NCBI GenBank assembly: GCA_043228905.1
Contig: JBHGNT010000009.1
Location: 10,912,001 to 10,976,000 of the forward strand
Direction: 5' to 3'
DNA: 64,000 nucleotides
Source: Azolla caroliniana
Lineage: Eukaryota > Plantae > Polypodiophyta
The notes below the pieces were generated by a model that searched no databases, had not been told where the DNA came from, and was given only the letters and a program-made list of their open reading frames with translations. Made by a program: the position numbers and the translations under genes. Positions 37,668 through 51,500 of the stretch are shown in pieces; within the stretch, counting starts at the first letter, position 1; every line of letters begins with the position of its first letter.

Positions 37668-38650
37668 AAGATGTCACGGATTTCAACAGCTTGCAGGTCG
37701 GCTTGGCGGGAGAATGAGTGGTTGGTAAGCTTGCAGTGTCGTGTTCGGAATCGATAGTGCTTTATTGAGCACATAGGCTCTTAAGACTTGTATCAGATCC
37801 GGATCCAACTCCGGACTCTAGAAGATGAGCACACGGGCTCTTGTTCGCAATGGACAAAACGTTGAACAAGGAAGGGGGAGAACAACACCTCCTTGGACAC
37901 TAAAACAGAGAGTTGAATGTTGAAGCTACACAAAGAGACCGAGGCAGAGAACACAAAGAGAAAATACCCAGATGCAGCAATGCAACTTTTGGCCTACTTT
38001 CATTTGTGTATTGATCTCTGTCCACATAGCTTGGCACTCCCTAACCATGAGTGCCAGCTCCTTGTTCACCGCATGTCTCCCAAGGGAGGGGTTGTTGATA
38101 TATTTGGATAGTGGGGTAGGTTTGATTGGTTTTCCTCCCAACCAACATCTACCCAAAGAGACACCTCCTTAGAAAATATGGATTCAATTTACTCATGAAT
38201 TCAATATTCATTTTTCATATCGTAGGCAAGAAGATAATTCCAAGTTTTTGGTTCACTAATGAGCATAGTGGAAATTTCACAAACTTACCTTAATACATCT
38301 TCAACTAAAATGACTGGTATTAGTTGAAAGTGGTGGGGAAGGAAGAATCCTTGACTCATAGCATTTTTTAGTTTCGATAAAAAATACTTTGATAGGTTCA
38401 ACACGGGAAATTTGTTATGATGCAAAGCCACTATTTAAACTACTGAAAATTAAAACAGCTACTTCTGGACCTGATAACATATCTTAAAGCATAAAGAAGC
38501 GAGCTGAGTCAAGTATTGCTTCGTCATTTGCAACAATAGATTGGGCCTCGGTGAAACAAACATGGCTCACTTTGTTGAACTCAATATCATAGGTGTGGTT
38601 TTCACAATGTGGAATCTTCCAGATCAGCAAGGAAGTAGACAGAAGCATAA

Positions 38651-38980
38651 ATCAACGATTTCATGCATAAGCAAGTCCAATGTTTGTGAAGTGCCAATAG
38701 TTGAAGCAAACACCATGTATTGCTGTTTTAGCACTATATGTTATGAAAATTGAAGTAGCACTATAATGCTACCAAATTTGTTTCAAGGAGCAATAGCTTA
38801 ATGTTAAATGCTTCCATCAACGATTTCATGCATAAGCAAGTCCAATGTTTGTGAAGTGCCAATAGTTGAAGCAAACACCATGTATTGCTGTTTTAGCACT
38901 ATATGTTATGAAAATTGAAGTAGCACTATAATGCTACCAAATTTGTTTCAAGGAGCAATAGCTTAATGTTAAATGCTTCC
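38651..38980. repeat. Direct tandem duplication, 2 x 165 bp
   Basis: 38651-38815 and 38816-38980 look identical by eye. Confidence 0.9.
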
Positions 38981-39491
38981 ATTAACATTAAGCATATTAT
39001 AGAAGAATTACCATTAGTAGCAAGCCTAATGTGAAGTGCTTCCATTAATATTAAGCACATTACAGCATTGGTAGTATAGAGCACTAATTATTGATTATGT
39101 TTCTAATATTAAGCAAATGGAAATAAAAACGTACTTGAATTATAGCAATCTAAAGAGTCATTATATATAACATTATGCAAATGAATTACGCTCTTATCTA
39201 TGTATGCAAAAACTTGGCACTGATATCAATCTAGCATGAAAAATTGTAAATTTGTTCACACTGTATAAGAATTAAACTTTATTGGTTCATGCTCTACACA
39301 AATGCAAGCAATGCCCTTGATCCTGTGCAAATGATGCCAGTTTATATACATAAAAAGAACCATCTTGGCATTAACGCCCACATTGAATGGAGGCCAAAAT
39401 GAACTATAATTTTGAAGCCTTTCCCTAATTTTCCTACCAGAGTTTGATCAAATTTATGGTAACAATTGTGAACTTTTTAGGATGCCTTATA

Positions 39492-39599
39492 TTAGGAATG
39501 TGCACTTTGATCATACGGCATGGTAACAAAAAGCTGTCCACGAAGAGTAAATACTGCTGATGTTTGACTTGCATCAACTGGTAGTGGCAAGTTAATGAT
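39492..39599 (-). CDS. ARID-Hsp20 gene exon 11 (last)
   Basis: IINLPLPVDASQTSAVFTLRGQLFVTMPYDQSAHS*; TAG acceptor. Confidence 0.92.
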   Translation of the reverse strand: MINLPLPVDASQTSAVFTLRGQLFVTMPYDQSAHS

Positions 39600-42500
39600 C
39601 TACATGAGATATAAAACGACTCATTAGAAATTCATTTGAAACATGAATAATCAGAACCAACAGTTTCTTACCTTTTTGAATGAAGTGAGTCCCCATGGAT
39701 TGTTTGGTTCTTCTGGCTCACCTGCTATGATAAGCTGGCCCCCAGGTTCGCATTGTATTCGTACCTGTAAATGTAAGTCCTTAGAAACCCAACTTTGTTT
39801 TTCAGTATTAAACAAAATCTTACCTAGCCTTGACCATAATAGAAACTACCCTTGAAGTCCTAAACAGTTGTGAGAGGGGAAAGGACTATGCAATGGGCAA
39901 TCTAGGCACTGTAAGAATCCGTGTCGAGCAAACTGTGACCTCCCAACAGATTGTCAGAGACTGGCTAGTTCAATTGGAGTAAAACAAAGATGATCACTAT
40001 CACCCACTCTCTTCAGTCTCTATGTAGATGAAGTATCTGTTGGAGGGTGACATCCCCAGAACTAATCTCTTTGTTGTACACTCCCTTTACACGTTTCTCT
40101 CTCTAGATCTACTTTATTCCAGCATTTACTACTGCGTTCTTTTTCTCCACTCCACAACTAACTCATTATGTAGCTAGGGGGATCCCTTTTCATAAATGCA
40201 TGGGTTACAAAACCCACTCTTATTTCATATTTGAAGGCTTTGGGCCTCTAGGAAAATTATATTTCTTGTTTTACATTATCATTAAGGTTACAACTGTTTG
40301 TAACAGTTTGTTGGGGTAAAGTCCCTAAATGACCCCTTATAGTGTGTAAATGTGTATAGGACTATTTATAAAGGCCAAAAGTCACTATTTTCATTATTGT
40401 TTGGACCAAGTTCAGTGTGAACTTGGCCAACCCTAAATGGGTCATATAAAACATAAGTTAAAAACGTTTGGATCTCACTTCAAAAGTGAGCTCATCCAAC
40501 TACTGCTCTCTCTATCTTTTCTACCATAGCTCCACTGTTGCATCTAAAGAGCCTATACTAGGGTGAATCCTGAGTATTCCTCAGCCCTATTGACATCATT
40601 CCTAACCCTTAAAACTGGTATCAGAGCAGGTTTAGGGTTTCAGAATTTCTGCATAGGTGCTGTACAGCAAAGAAAAAGTGTTCAGGTCTCTTTATTGTGT
40701 AGCTATGGCATCATCTTCCTCGGATGTGAAGAATCTATTTGACATTCGACGATTTGAGGGAACAAGTTTTGATTTGTAGAAGGAGAAAATGCAAGGAATT
40801 CTTTTTTGGAAGGATTGTGACAGGGCATTGGAGGCAGAAAAACCAGAGAACATGTCAGAAGATGCGTGGCAGATTTTAAAACAAGAAGGCTGTCATATAT
40901 ATTAAGATGGTTGTTAATGATGAGATTTTGGTAGATCTCAAAGGGTTGGTATCTGCTTCTGAAATATGGGCAAAGTTGAAGGCTACATATGAATACAGTA
41001 CGCATGTTAATCAAGTACACCTAATGCGAAAGCTTGTTGGCATGCAACTGGATGAGTTCAAGAGCAGAGCTGAACACTTGTCCTTGTTTACAGGTACCTT
41101 ATCACAACTGCAGGACTCAAGAATGGCTCCTTTTGATGACAAGCTCAAAGCCATTTTCCTACTAATGACACTACCTGCCTCATGGCAGACATTGGTAGTC
41201 CCATTGTTTAATAGCCCCAACTTGACCTTTGATGGTGTTAAGGGCTCCATACTCAATGAAGAGATTAGGAGAAAAGCAAGTGGAGAAGGTGGCAACTAAA
41301 TGACCCCCTTATAGTGTGTACATGTGTGTAGCGTAGTCCTATTTATAAAGGCCAAATGTCACTTATATTTCTTGTTTTACATTATCTTTAATCTTACAAC
41401 TATTTGTAATAGTTTGTTGGGGTAAAGGCCCTAAATGATCCCCTTATAGTGTGTACATGTGTATAGGCCTATTTATAAAGGCCAAAAGCCACTTATCACT
41501 TTTTTTGTTATTTTTGGGCCAAGTTCAGTGTGAGTTTGGCCAACCCTAAATGAGTCATATAAAACATAAGTTAAAAACTTTTGGATCTCACTTCAAAAGG
41601 TGAGCTCCTCCAACTACCTCTCTCTCTATCTATCTTTTCAGCCATTGATCTACTGCTACACCTAAAGCCCCAAGTGTTCCTCAGCCCTATTGACAATTTC
41701 TAGCCCTTTCAACTGGTATCAGAGCAGATTTAGGGTTTCAGAACTGTTGCACAGGTTTCTGTACAATGAAGATAAGGTATTCATCACAAAGAACCTTGCC
41801 CCAAAGCTTTGAGGAACTTGTTGGGTGTCGCAACAGTCCATAACAAGCTGTTTTTAGGTGATATACAAGTTAAAGCAGGTTATTTTCAGCAAATTTATCC
41901 ATATATTTCTGCAAAACAGAGCCTAAAAATTGGGGCTTTTGCTCCAATATGCATTGAAAAGCTGAGTATTAGCTTTATGTATGCTCTCTGAGGTCAAAAA
42001 CAACAACATTACTTGATTTTTAGCACAGATTAAGGTTCTGAAATTCTGTACGCAGAAAATTTAGAGATCTGTTTTTGTGCCCGAAATTGCTTATTTTTGG
42101 CCCAAATTGCTCTTGTGACCTTTTGGAGCTGTGGTGCACTGTTTCTTGAGGTTAGTCTCTGGTTTTGGTGCATTTGATCTAGAATTTCAGCAGGTTGACA
42201 TTTTCATTGTGCAACTATGGCATCATCCTCCTCAGATGTGACGAATCTATTTGAGATTCGACGATTTGAGGGAACAGGTTTTGACTTGTGGAAGGAGAGA
42301 ATGCAAGGATTTCTCTTTCTGAAGGATTGTGACAGGGCATTGGAGGCAAAAAAACCAGAGAACATGTCAGAAGATGCATCGCGGATTTTGAACAAAAAGG
42401 TTGTCACATATATTAAGATGGTTGTTTCTGATGAGATTTTGGTAGATCTCAAAGGCTTGGTATCTGCTTCCGAAATATGGGCTAAGTTGAAGGCTACATA

Positions 42501-45500
42501 TGAAAACATTATGCCTGTTAATCAAGTACATCTGATGTGAAAGCTTGTTGGCTTGCAGTTGGATGAGTCTAAGAGTGCAATTGAACACTTGTCCTTGTTT
42601 ACAGGCACATATCACAGCTGCAAGACTCAGGAATGGCTCCTTTTGATGACAAGCTCAGAGCCATTTCTTGCTTATGAAACTACCTAACTCATAGGAGACA
42701 TTGGCAGTCTCGTTGTCTAATAACCCCAACTTAACCTTTGATGGTGTTAGGGGTTCCATACATAATGAAGAGATCAAGGGAAAAGCAAGTAGAGAATGTG
42801 GCAGCTCAGCCAACATGGTTAGAGGTAGGACAGATAAGAGAAGTAACTACGTACCCATAAACAAAAGTAATAGCAGCAAAGGTAAAAGCAATGATGTAAC
42901 ATGCTATCAGTGTAGCAAGAAAGGCCACAATAAACCTGATTGCCGCTATTACAAAGCAAAACTCGAAAGAAAGAAGAATTCTGAGATAAGAAAACGGACA
43001 AGATTGATGCACATGACAATTAAAAGGACAAAGAGAAGGCCAATTTGGCCTCTAATGTAATCATAGGGGAGCTATCAAATGTTGAGGACATTTTATGTGC
43101 TACTTTTTCAACTGATGATACTTTGCATATGATGCCTCTCTAAATGTTCATTAACAAGACATGTGCATCACTAAGAATGATCTTATTGATGCTTTGCTGA
43201 CGATCAATGATGCATTGGCCCAAACACGGACAGTTAATTCTAGTGCTTCATATTATGTGACTCCTATCAAGGAGTGTTTTTCTACTTTTATTGCGCGCAA
43301 CCATGGTCATGAATACCTTGGAAATAATTATGCATGTTTTATTGAGGGTATTGGCACTGCCTATTTCTACAAATGGCACTAATGAGCTGGTTTTGCATAA
43401 TGTGCGTTATGTACCAGGGATCAAGAAGAGTTTGCTTTTTGTTTGCATGGTTATAGCATTCTCTTTGAGGAAGGATCATGGAAAATGACAAAAGGTTCAA
43501 AGCTGATTGTGAATGGCACAAAGAAGGGAATTCTTTATTGCTTACATGGAAATGCTATATCGGGCAAATTTATTGCTTTGGTTAAAGTTCACTCCCATAT
43601 GGAGTTGTGGCATAAGAGACTTGGCCATATGAGCCAAAAGTGTCTCACTAGGCATTGTAATCTAATGAAGCTTGATGCTATAGGCACAAAGCTTAATTTT
43701 TGTAATGACTGCCAATATAGAAAGCAAGTGAAGCGTTCCTTTTACTCTGGTACACGTAAAAATATCTTTGTCCAAGGTTGAATACATGAGGTTGCCTATT
43801 ATGATCGGCATAAAAACGCGCTCTATCTTGAGTTGTTTTTGTATTATTTCATGCAATATGCAACATATCTTGCATATCCCGAAGAAAGTTTTGCGTACTT
43901 CGCAATTCATCACGATGTATATTAACATCAATCGGGGCTCGTGGCTAAAAACCATACAACAACATAAAAAGACTATATCCTATAGACGTATGCTTGGAGC
44001 TGTTATAAACAAACTCCGAAATTGGGAGATAATGTTCCCACTTTGTTGGCTTTGCACCAACATATGCCCGGAGCATGTCCTCAATAATTTGATTTACTTA
44101 TTCTATCTGTCCATCGGATTGAGGATGATCCGTGGAGCTCATGCTCAATGTAGTTTCTAACTTCTTAAAGACTTGTATCCAAAAGTTGTTAGTAAACCCA
44201 TAAAAACGAAATAACTCATCAACGAATTGGTAAGCCAATTCAGGAGTTGTTACCGTGGTTTTAGTAGCAATAAATCACAACAACAAAGATACCATTTTAG
44301 TTACTTGATCAACCACAACAAAGATAGCATCATGGCCTTTTTGGGTACAAGGAAGGCTAACAATAAAATCCATGGATATACTTTCCCACTTATTGTTGGG
44401 AATTTCCAAGGGATGTAAAAGTACAGCGGCGTTAAGTCGCTCGATTTTGTTAACTTGACATTGGTGACATTTAGTCACATAACTATGTATGTCAAGACAC
44501 ATCTTAGGCCAATAGAATTGAGTGGAGATGAGAACGAGTGTGCGATGTATTACAGGGTGCCCTGTTGAGGGTGCATCATGGCATTCAAAAAGAATTCTCT
44601 TTTTGACCTCAGGCAAATCTAGAACACAAACCTTCCCATTACAATAGAGCAGACCATTGTTTGCAATGTGGAAGGATCCCTTCGAGGATGTGGTAATGTT
44701 TGTTCCAAACTCAACTCTTGCCCAATATATTAAAGTATTCCCTTCTCTTTCTCTCTCTCTCACTATCTGTGTCTCTGTCAATGTCTAATCCTCTGTGTTT
44801 TCTGCAATGTCAATGTCTGTCTGTGTTTTCTGCAATGTCTGTCCTCTATGTTTTCTACAATGCCTGATCCTTTGCGTTTTCTGCCAAATCTGATTCCCTG
44901 CCTTTTCTGCCAAATCTGATTTCCTACATTTTCTACAATGCCTGATCCTTTGTGTTTTTTGCAATGTTTGTCTGCATTTTCTACAATGTCTGTTCCTCTG
45001 TGTTTTCTGCCCAGTAAAAATTCCTTGAACCTATATTGTGAATGATTTAGAGAGACCTTTAGTGTCAATGATTGCTCGCATGATAAGGAGCAAAGCATCG
45101 GTGCCACACAATATAATCCGGGCAGAGACTATAATAACCGAGCCACTATTCCGATCAGTGACATTTATCCAACGTCTTTGGGAGCTCCCTAAGCAAAGAT
45201 ACCCAAGGTTGGCACTTATGTCATCAAGACAACTGGCTGAAAATGGAGACACTCATTGTTGGTATGTTGAAATGCAGCAATGGTTCGAGTCACATGGCAT
45301 GAGTATAAATGCACTACCCCCCTTCCAATATAGTTTGGACTGTCCCCATCTAAATATGACCAAAGCAGAAAAGAATAGAGTGATCCGAACTGATATTATT
45401 AACTTGGAAAACAAGATAACATGGATCAACCCCAAAATACCACTTGGTACAAAGATGGCCCACTATAAGACACTTCTTACATACATTGGAGGATGGATTC

Positions 45501-48500
45501 GTCATCAGGCCACCTTATATGGACATACATCTATCCTATGCACTGCGTAGCGTGATAGGGCAGCTGCGAACTTCATCACATCAGCTACAGATTGAGGTAG
45601 GCAAAGATATACACAACTACCTCTAGAAGAGAGAATTTGCCAATTGTGTCATCAAGGAGTGGAATCTGAAGAGCACTATGTTTGTCATTGTAGTGTCTTT
45701 TATGAAATCAGAGGGAGATACCATTGCCTCTTTAAACAAGGCTTTGGCCCACTAGGCAAGGTAATGGAATATGAGGACCAACGATGCCTAGGACTTTTCT
45801 TGCTAGAGCTCAAGAGAGATCGGGAAAAGTTGTTGAAGAATACAGTCACACAATCTCATCCACAAAGAACAATCACAACTTTCTTTAGCCCCATCATTCC
45901 TACTAATGCTACAAGTCAATCACGGGATACACAAAAGGGCTCCAGACCAAGACATAACAAAGGGGTTACAATTGATCGGGCAATGGCAATTTGCCGTGCA
46001 CGTGGACCCTAGCCCCATGGACCACGACCTCAACACCCTTGTCATCGACAAATAAAAGCCATTATCCCCCGCCATCGTAGGTGCTTCCCTCGCTTTGGAG
46101 AAATTTCCATTTGGGATCAACCTATGCTAGAGATCTTCCAAAGACAAAAGCTACAACATACCTATCTTGAGAATCTCACATGTGCCAAAAACTAGATTCC
46201 CTCGTTTCTTTTCCTTTCATCTTATTTACTTTTATATTTACTGTGTAATATTTATTTTATTTTGATTTGTTCTCAAAGACAAGACAACACTTAACATGTA
46301 ATCTCTTATTTGGACTTATAGGCCATTTTGGCCTCTTAAAAGACGTTAATATATCTTTCTTTCTTTCTTCCTATTCTCTTCTCTAACTTCTTCTATATCT
46401 CTCCATCACATTCGACCATGAAGTTGCTTCTCTTGCTTTAAAGACCTTTCATCTTGAATCAACCCATGTGGGAGGTCTTTCATAGGCAGAAATTTAAATC
46501 CATCTAAGCTCAGAGTTGAGGTGTTAGTTAAAGAGATTATGTGGTATATTCATAAGATTTGTCTAAGTTTGTTGTTCTCAAAGATGCAACCTTCCATTAT
46601 GTTTCAAAGGCCATTTCAGTCTATTAAAGTATGTTAATATTTCTCTCTCTGGGGTATCAAGACACTTGAAAGGGGTTGAATGTAGCTACAATACATGATC
46701 TGGGCCACAGCCCTATCACCTTTTTAATCAATAGTAAAAGGCCACTATCACCTATCACCAAAGATACTTCCCTCCTTTCATAGACCTCTCCATCTTGGAT
46801 CAGCACATGATGGAGATAGCTCGAAGATAAAAGTTTCAGTCTATTTAAGCTCAGAACCTTGCATGCTTAGCTAATGAGACTCTTTGGTACCTTATATTTA
46901 GTTATACTTACTTTAGTTTGTTGTTCTCAAAGACGAAAAGTTAATTTAATATGCAATCCCTCGTTTGGACTTATTGGGCATTTCGGCCTTCTTAAAAGGC
47001 ATTAATAATTCTTTCTTTCTTTCTCATGCATAGCTGGCATCATAAAATGCATTGAAATAGCTGGAGAATGATACCTCTTCTCGAACCAGTCCTGGGATAA
47101 GAGCATAAACCTCAAAGCAATCATGCTGTTAACAAAAACAATGTTTTTAGCACTTGGTTGAATCAAATATAAGACACTCAATTAAGAGTATGATAATGAA
47201 CTAATTAGATACGACTCACAGTTTTATGCACAGTTATTTTGACCCAATCAACTTTGGGCCCTTCATCAGTTACCCATATGTCATCACCATTTGATGAGCT
47301 ACGACCATTAGATTTCCAAGCCTGCTTAGCATGTTGTTGCTTTATGGGCTTCTTTTTGTGTAAGGAAAAGTAAGAAGGATCACTTGTGTCCTCCCAGTTT
47401 TCATCTTTAGTTTGTATAGTACAGTCTATATATGGTGTCTTTGAGCCCTTGTTATGCACATGTCTTTCCAGATTAGATGCTTTCTTCTTCTTTGGAAGAC
47501 CTGTGACAGGACATGAGCATCAGAAAAAATGTAGTGATTCATATTTCTAGCTTAGATTTAGGAAAAGTTTGACATACTCATTTTCAGTTGTTTTGATCGT
47601 TTTGACGAACCCTGTCCTTTTTCTTGCTATACAACCCCCACAATAAGCAAAAGATCATGGATGTAAGAAATGACTATCATATTTAATAGAATGGTATAGT
47701 GATGTCACCTTAACAACATGGTCTCCTACATCTCCATTTCCAAAGATATGCTGAGAATGCCATCCTTGCATGGCTCTTGATGCTGCATCTCTTCTGGCTC
47801 GTCCTAAACTTGAAGTAGATGGTTGCTGAAAAGAAGAATAAAGGCTCTTCTGAATTGAACCTATATTTTCAGTCCTACAACTACTAGTCATGATAAAAGA
47901 AATATGAAAATTTTGTCTTCCTTCTGGTCGAAAAATAAATGTGTATTTATACCTGTGAAGCGCCAGGCTGGGAAGCACTGTTTAGAACTTCTCCTGGGAC
48001 AGTTTGAGATGCATTTGGACTTGGGAATATCCCATGCATTTTGTATCGTTCATAGTCAAGCAAGGCCTGCATCGCAATAAAAGGAGGAATAGATAACAAT
48101 GAAAATAATGTATTCTCAATGTGTAACAGGCTGCAAATGCACCTTACATCTAGAATGTTAAAACAGGCTACATTTGCACTGTTCACTAACTTAACATCTG
48201 GAAGAATAAAAGCAATAGACTCACTTAAGACAACCAGCATCTGGAATTCAAAGATCAAGAGTTGCAAAGAACGATGATGTCTAAAGAGCAGAACCTCGTA
48301 GTCAAGGTCAACAAAGTAAGAAGATGAAGCATTAGTTACATCTTACACTCAAAGTCTAGACACCAAAATAGAATTTCGATCAGCTAATAGGTAAGAGAGC
48401 TAAACAGAAGTCCAGGGAGGAGAGAAGTAAGTGAAGCCAAGTCAAGGGACTTTCAATGAATGTTCAATCTCAAGGTGGATCTCTCATATCTAACTTCTGT

Positions 48501-51500
48501 CTGCTGGGTGGACCAACAAAACCAAGCCATGCACCAACTAACCACCACTGGAAAGTAGCTATGAAGTAAATTGAGGGGATGAAGCAAAGAGCTGAAGAGG
48601 AGGTCTTAGATGATGCTAGCAGATGAGGTTTCCATGACACAATAATGAGCAGTTCAAAAAGTAACAATGACTGACAGTTGACTCAGACACACGAGGCTAG
48701 AAGACAATATGTTATAGATGGCATCTGGCTAGACCACGTGAAGAATCTTCAACAAGCAATGTTCAATCATAAACATAGAGAAATCTGACTAGGCCAAGCT
48801 GAAGATAGCACAAAGCACTGCAATATCAACCTGAAAGAGTCTAGAGGGCTACCACATGCCAACAAGAATAACAAAGGAGCCCAGATTGAATCCCTGCAAA
48901 GGGTCACAAGGTTGCAGATCAAGCTGAACTGGTACGCAGAAACAGTGTGGGAATGGTTGAAGACAAAGACTAAAGTTCAGTCACAGACTTTGAATGGGTC
49001 TGATGGAAGCTACATATTGATGATTCTATTAACAGACTTTTACATGGCCTATGGGTTCATCTGTTACAACCATGATAACATGTGATATCTCATAGAAGAG
49101 CTGAAGTATGAATTCCAAAATAATCTACTAAGTCAATGATAAAGCTACAATGGTAGAAGGTGCTGAACAAGACTATCGAAGAGCTCCATGATGCTCCATG
49201 ATTTAACGTGCAGTTTTAGAGTGTGGTAATGCTAGAGCATCTCTATGGATAATCCTAACATGTCTACCACAAACCTCCGCATAAGGAGTTACTCCAAAGA
49301 TCCTAGTGGGTGATTTGAGCAGTGAGTGATGATGAACTGTATCTAGCTACAGTATCTCTCTCCATCTCTATTTGGACACAGGTATCACAATTTATAAATC
49401 TGTGGCTCCCTTGAGTGTCAAATCTTCACTGACATTATACCTGTTCTAGATGGATTTGAGTGTTGGGAAACATGTCCCTCTGGATGGGACGTGTAGGACA
49501 GCTTGATCCGGACTAGGACTAGGAATCGGATCGTCCGGAAGACATCCGATAGGCATCTGGAAAGCATCCGGGAAACCGATTGGGCCGTAGCCGATTAGAG
49601 GCTATATTTGTAAATAGCCCATACAGTGTATAAGTATAAATACACTTAGGGTTAACATCAGAAAAATAAAAGAAGTTGTAGTCGTTGTAATTGTAGACTG
49701 AGAGTTGTACAGTGTGGTATTGACTGTACTAAGTGTGAGCTAAGAGAGAGAGTGTGTGCAACTGTTGGTAAGACAGACGAGCTCGAGGTTGTTGCCTGTG
49801 AGTCTCTTGTATCCTCTCCTGATATAGTAGAACAGTTTGGAGTCTATGGACTCCCGTGGTTTTTTCCCCATTTCAGGGTTTCCACATTAACATCTTGTGT
49901 CCTTGTGTCAGTGCATCATCTCTGTATTTCAGTTCTTTGTCTTTCTCTCTTGTCCTTGAAGATCGGTTGTGGCCGATCCCATATTGAACAAACCGGTATC
50001 AGAAAAAGGCTCATAACCTTCAAGCAATAGGAATATGGACTCATTCGGTGGGATGTTCAAGCTAACCAGCTCCAACTACTCAGTCTGGAAGTCGAGGATG
50101 AGAGATATGCTCGTTTGCAAAGATCTATGGCTGCCTATGCAGTTCAGGAAAGGCAAGCTAGACAAGATTGATGCATCAATGTAGGAAGTCATGCACCTAA
50201 AGTCAACAGCATACATCAAATGCTTTATAGACATGAGCCTATACAACAAATTCAATGAAAAGACCGAGGTTGATGTTCTTTGGAAGAAATTTGGGTTCAT
50301 GTTCAAGAACAAGAACATTGTAAACAAAGTCTCCGTCTTCAAAAGGATAATAAGACTGAGATATCCGGACGGCTCGAGCATCACGGAGCACTTGAACGCC
50401 TTCCAATGACTCATTTATCAGACCACCTCTTTAGATGTACCTCTGGTAAACAAGGTACTTGCATTGTTGATGCTGGGATCCCTTCCGGACAGCTAGGAGA
50501 CACTCGTGGTGACCCTGGGTAACGCCGGACCACAAGGGAAGCAGTTGTCTTTGGAGATTAAAGTCGAGCTTGTTGACGGAAGAAGCTCACCGGAAGGACA
50601 AAGAGTCTATATCCGATCATAAGGCCCTAGTCATAGAAGGTGACTCCAACAGAGGAAGGGGCAGCCAGAAAGTCCGCAGAATAGGGACAGGTCCAAACCG
50701 AGGTTGAAGTTGAAGGGAAGGCTCACATGCTTCTATTGTGGGAAGCCAAGACACTTCCAAAAGAATTGACGGCATTATCGAAAGGTCAAAGGGGGGGCTG
50801 ATGGTGTTGAGCCGAAGAAGATTCCGGACAGCAAGAACACCTCAGCCATCGCCATGGGCGAGGAGGAGTTGTTGTTCATCAATGAACAAAACGGAGTAAA
50901 CCTCGCCGGCAAAGAATCGACATGGGTGGTCAATTCCGGTGCATCGTTTCACCCGACCCCCAACAAAGAATGCTTCTAATCCTACACATGCTTCTATTGT
51001 GGGAAGCCAGGACACTTCCAAAAGAATTGACGGCATTATCGAAAGGTCAAAGGGGGGGCTGATGGTGTTGAGCCGAAGAAGATTCCGGACAGCAAGAACA
51101 CCTCAGCCATCGCCACGGGCGAGGAGGAGTTGTTCATCAATGAACAAAACGGAGTAAACCTCGCTGGCAAAGAATCGACATGGATGGTCAATTCCGGTGC
51201 ATCGTTTCACCCGACCCCCAACAAAGAATGCTTCTAATCCTACACAGCCGGAGATTACGGCTACGTAAAGATGGGAAACGGCGGTGCATGCAAGAGTGAC
51301 GGTATCGGGGATGTATGTTTGCTAACAACGACAGGTTGCAAAATGGTATTGAAGGATGTGCGCCATGTTCCGGACATCAGATTGAATCTGATATCGACCG
51401 GACGGCTTGATGACGAAGGTTACAATGGTAACTTCCGAAATAGCACATAGAAATTCTGCAAGGGAAACCTGATTGTGGCCCGTGCCCGGAAGCAAAATAC

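Larger units (their letters stand above)
18455..37983 (-). mobile_element. Ty3/gypsy non-chromovirus element primed by tRNA-Trp (Phygy/Selgy-like), host of three nested insertions
   Basis: Truncated 5' LTR 37672-37983, PBS 37650-37667, gag ATG 37626, PR (IDHSSEINLM) near 35870, RT (FIQDLQPVNKVTIRN) 24.1-24.6 kb, RH 23.5 and 20.6 kb, INT 19.7-20.2 kb, PPT 19153-19161, 3' LTR 18455-19152. The two LTRs are clearly diverged, so a chimera of two relatives is possible. Confidence 0.85.
39845..46370 (+). mobile_element. 5'-truncated non-LTR retrotransposon (LINE, RTE-X-like) in intron 9, split by LTR-element insertions
   Basis: RT motif GVKQ..LSPTLFSLYVDE at ~39975-40035. C-terminal part 45030-46010 with LRTSSHQLQIEVG and ERICQLC..ESEEHYVCHC. 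3' end with (TTTC)n tail near 46355-46370. Boundaries approximate. Confidence 0.8.

Noticed and set aside
37984-38480. Short ORF (37926-38156, minus) next to the truncated LTR
   Set aside because: No recognisable motif or consistent splice structure; left unassigned.
41778-42193. Possible 5' UTR intron (GT...AG) absent from the first copia unit
   Set aside because: The first unit keeps GT.TTCA at the 5' side, so the loss fits a TTCA microhomology deletion rather than precise splicing.
48200-49450. Possible very old minus-strand LINE in intron 4 (APLLFLL-like words near 48870)
   Set aside because: Too decayed to support without a profile search.
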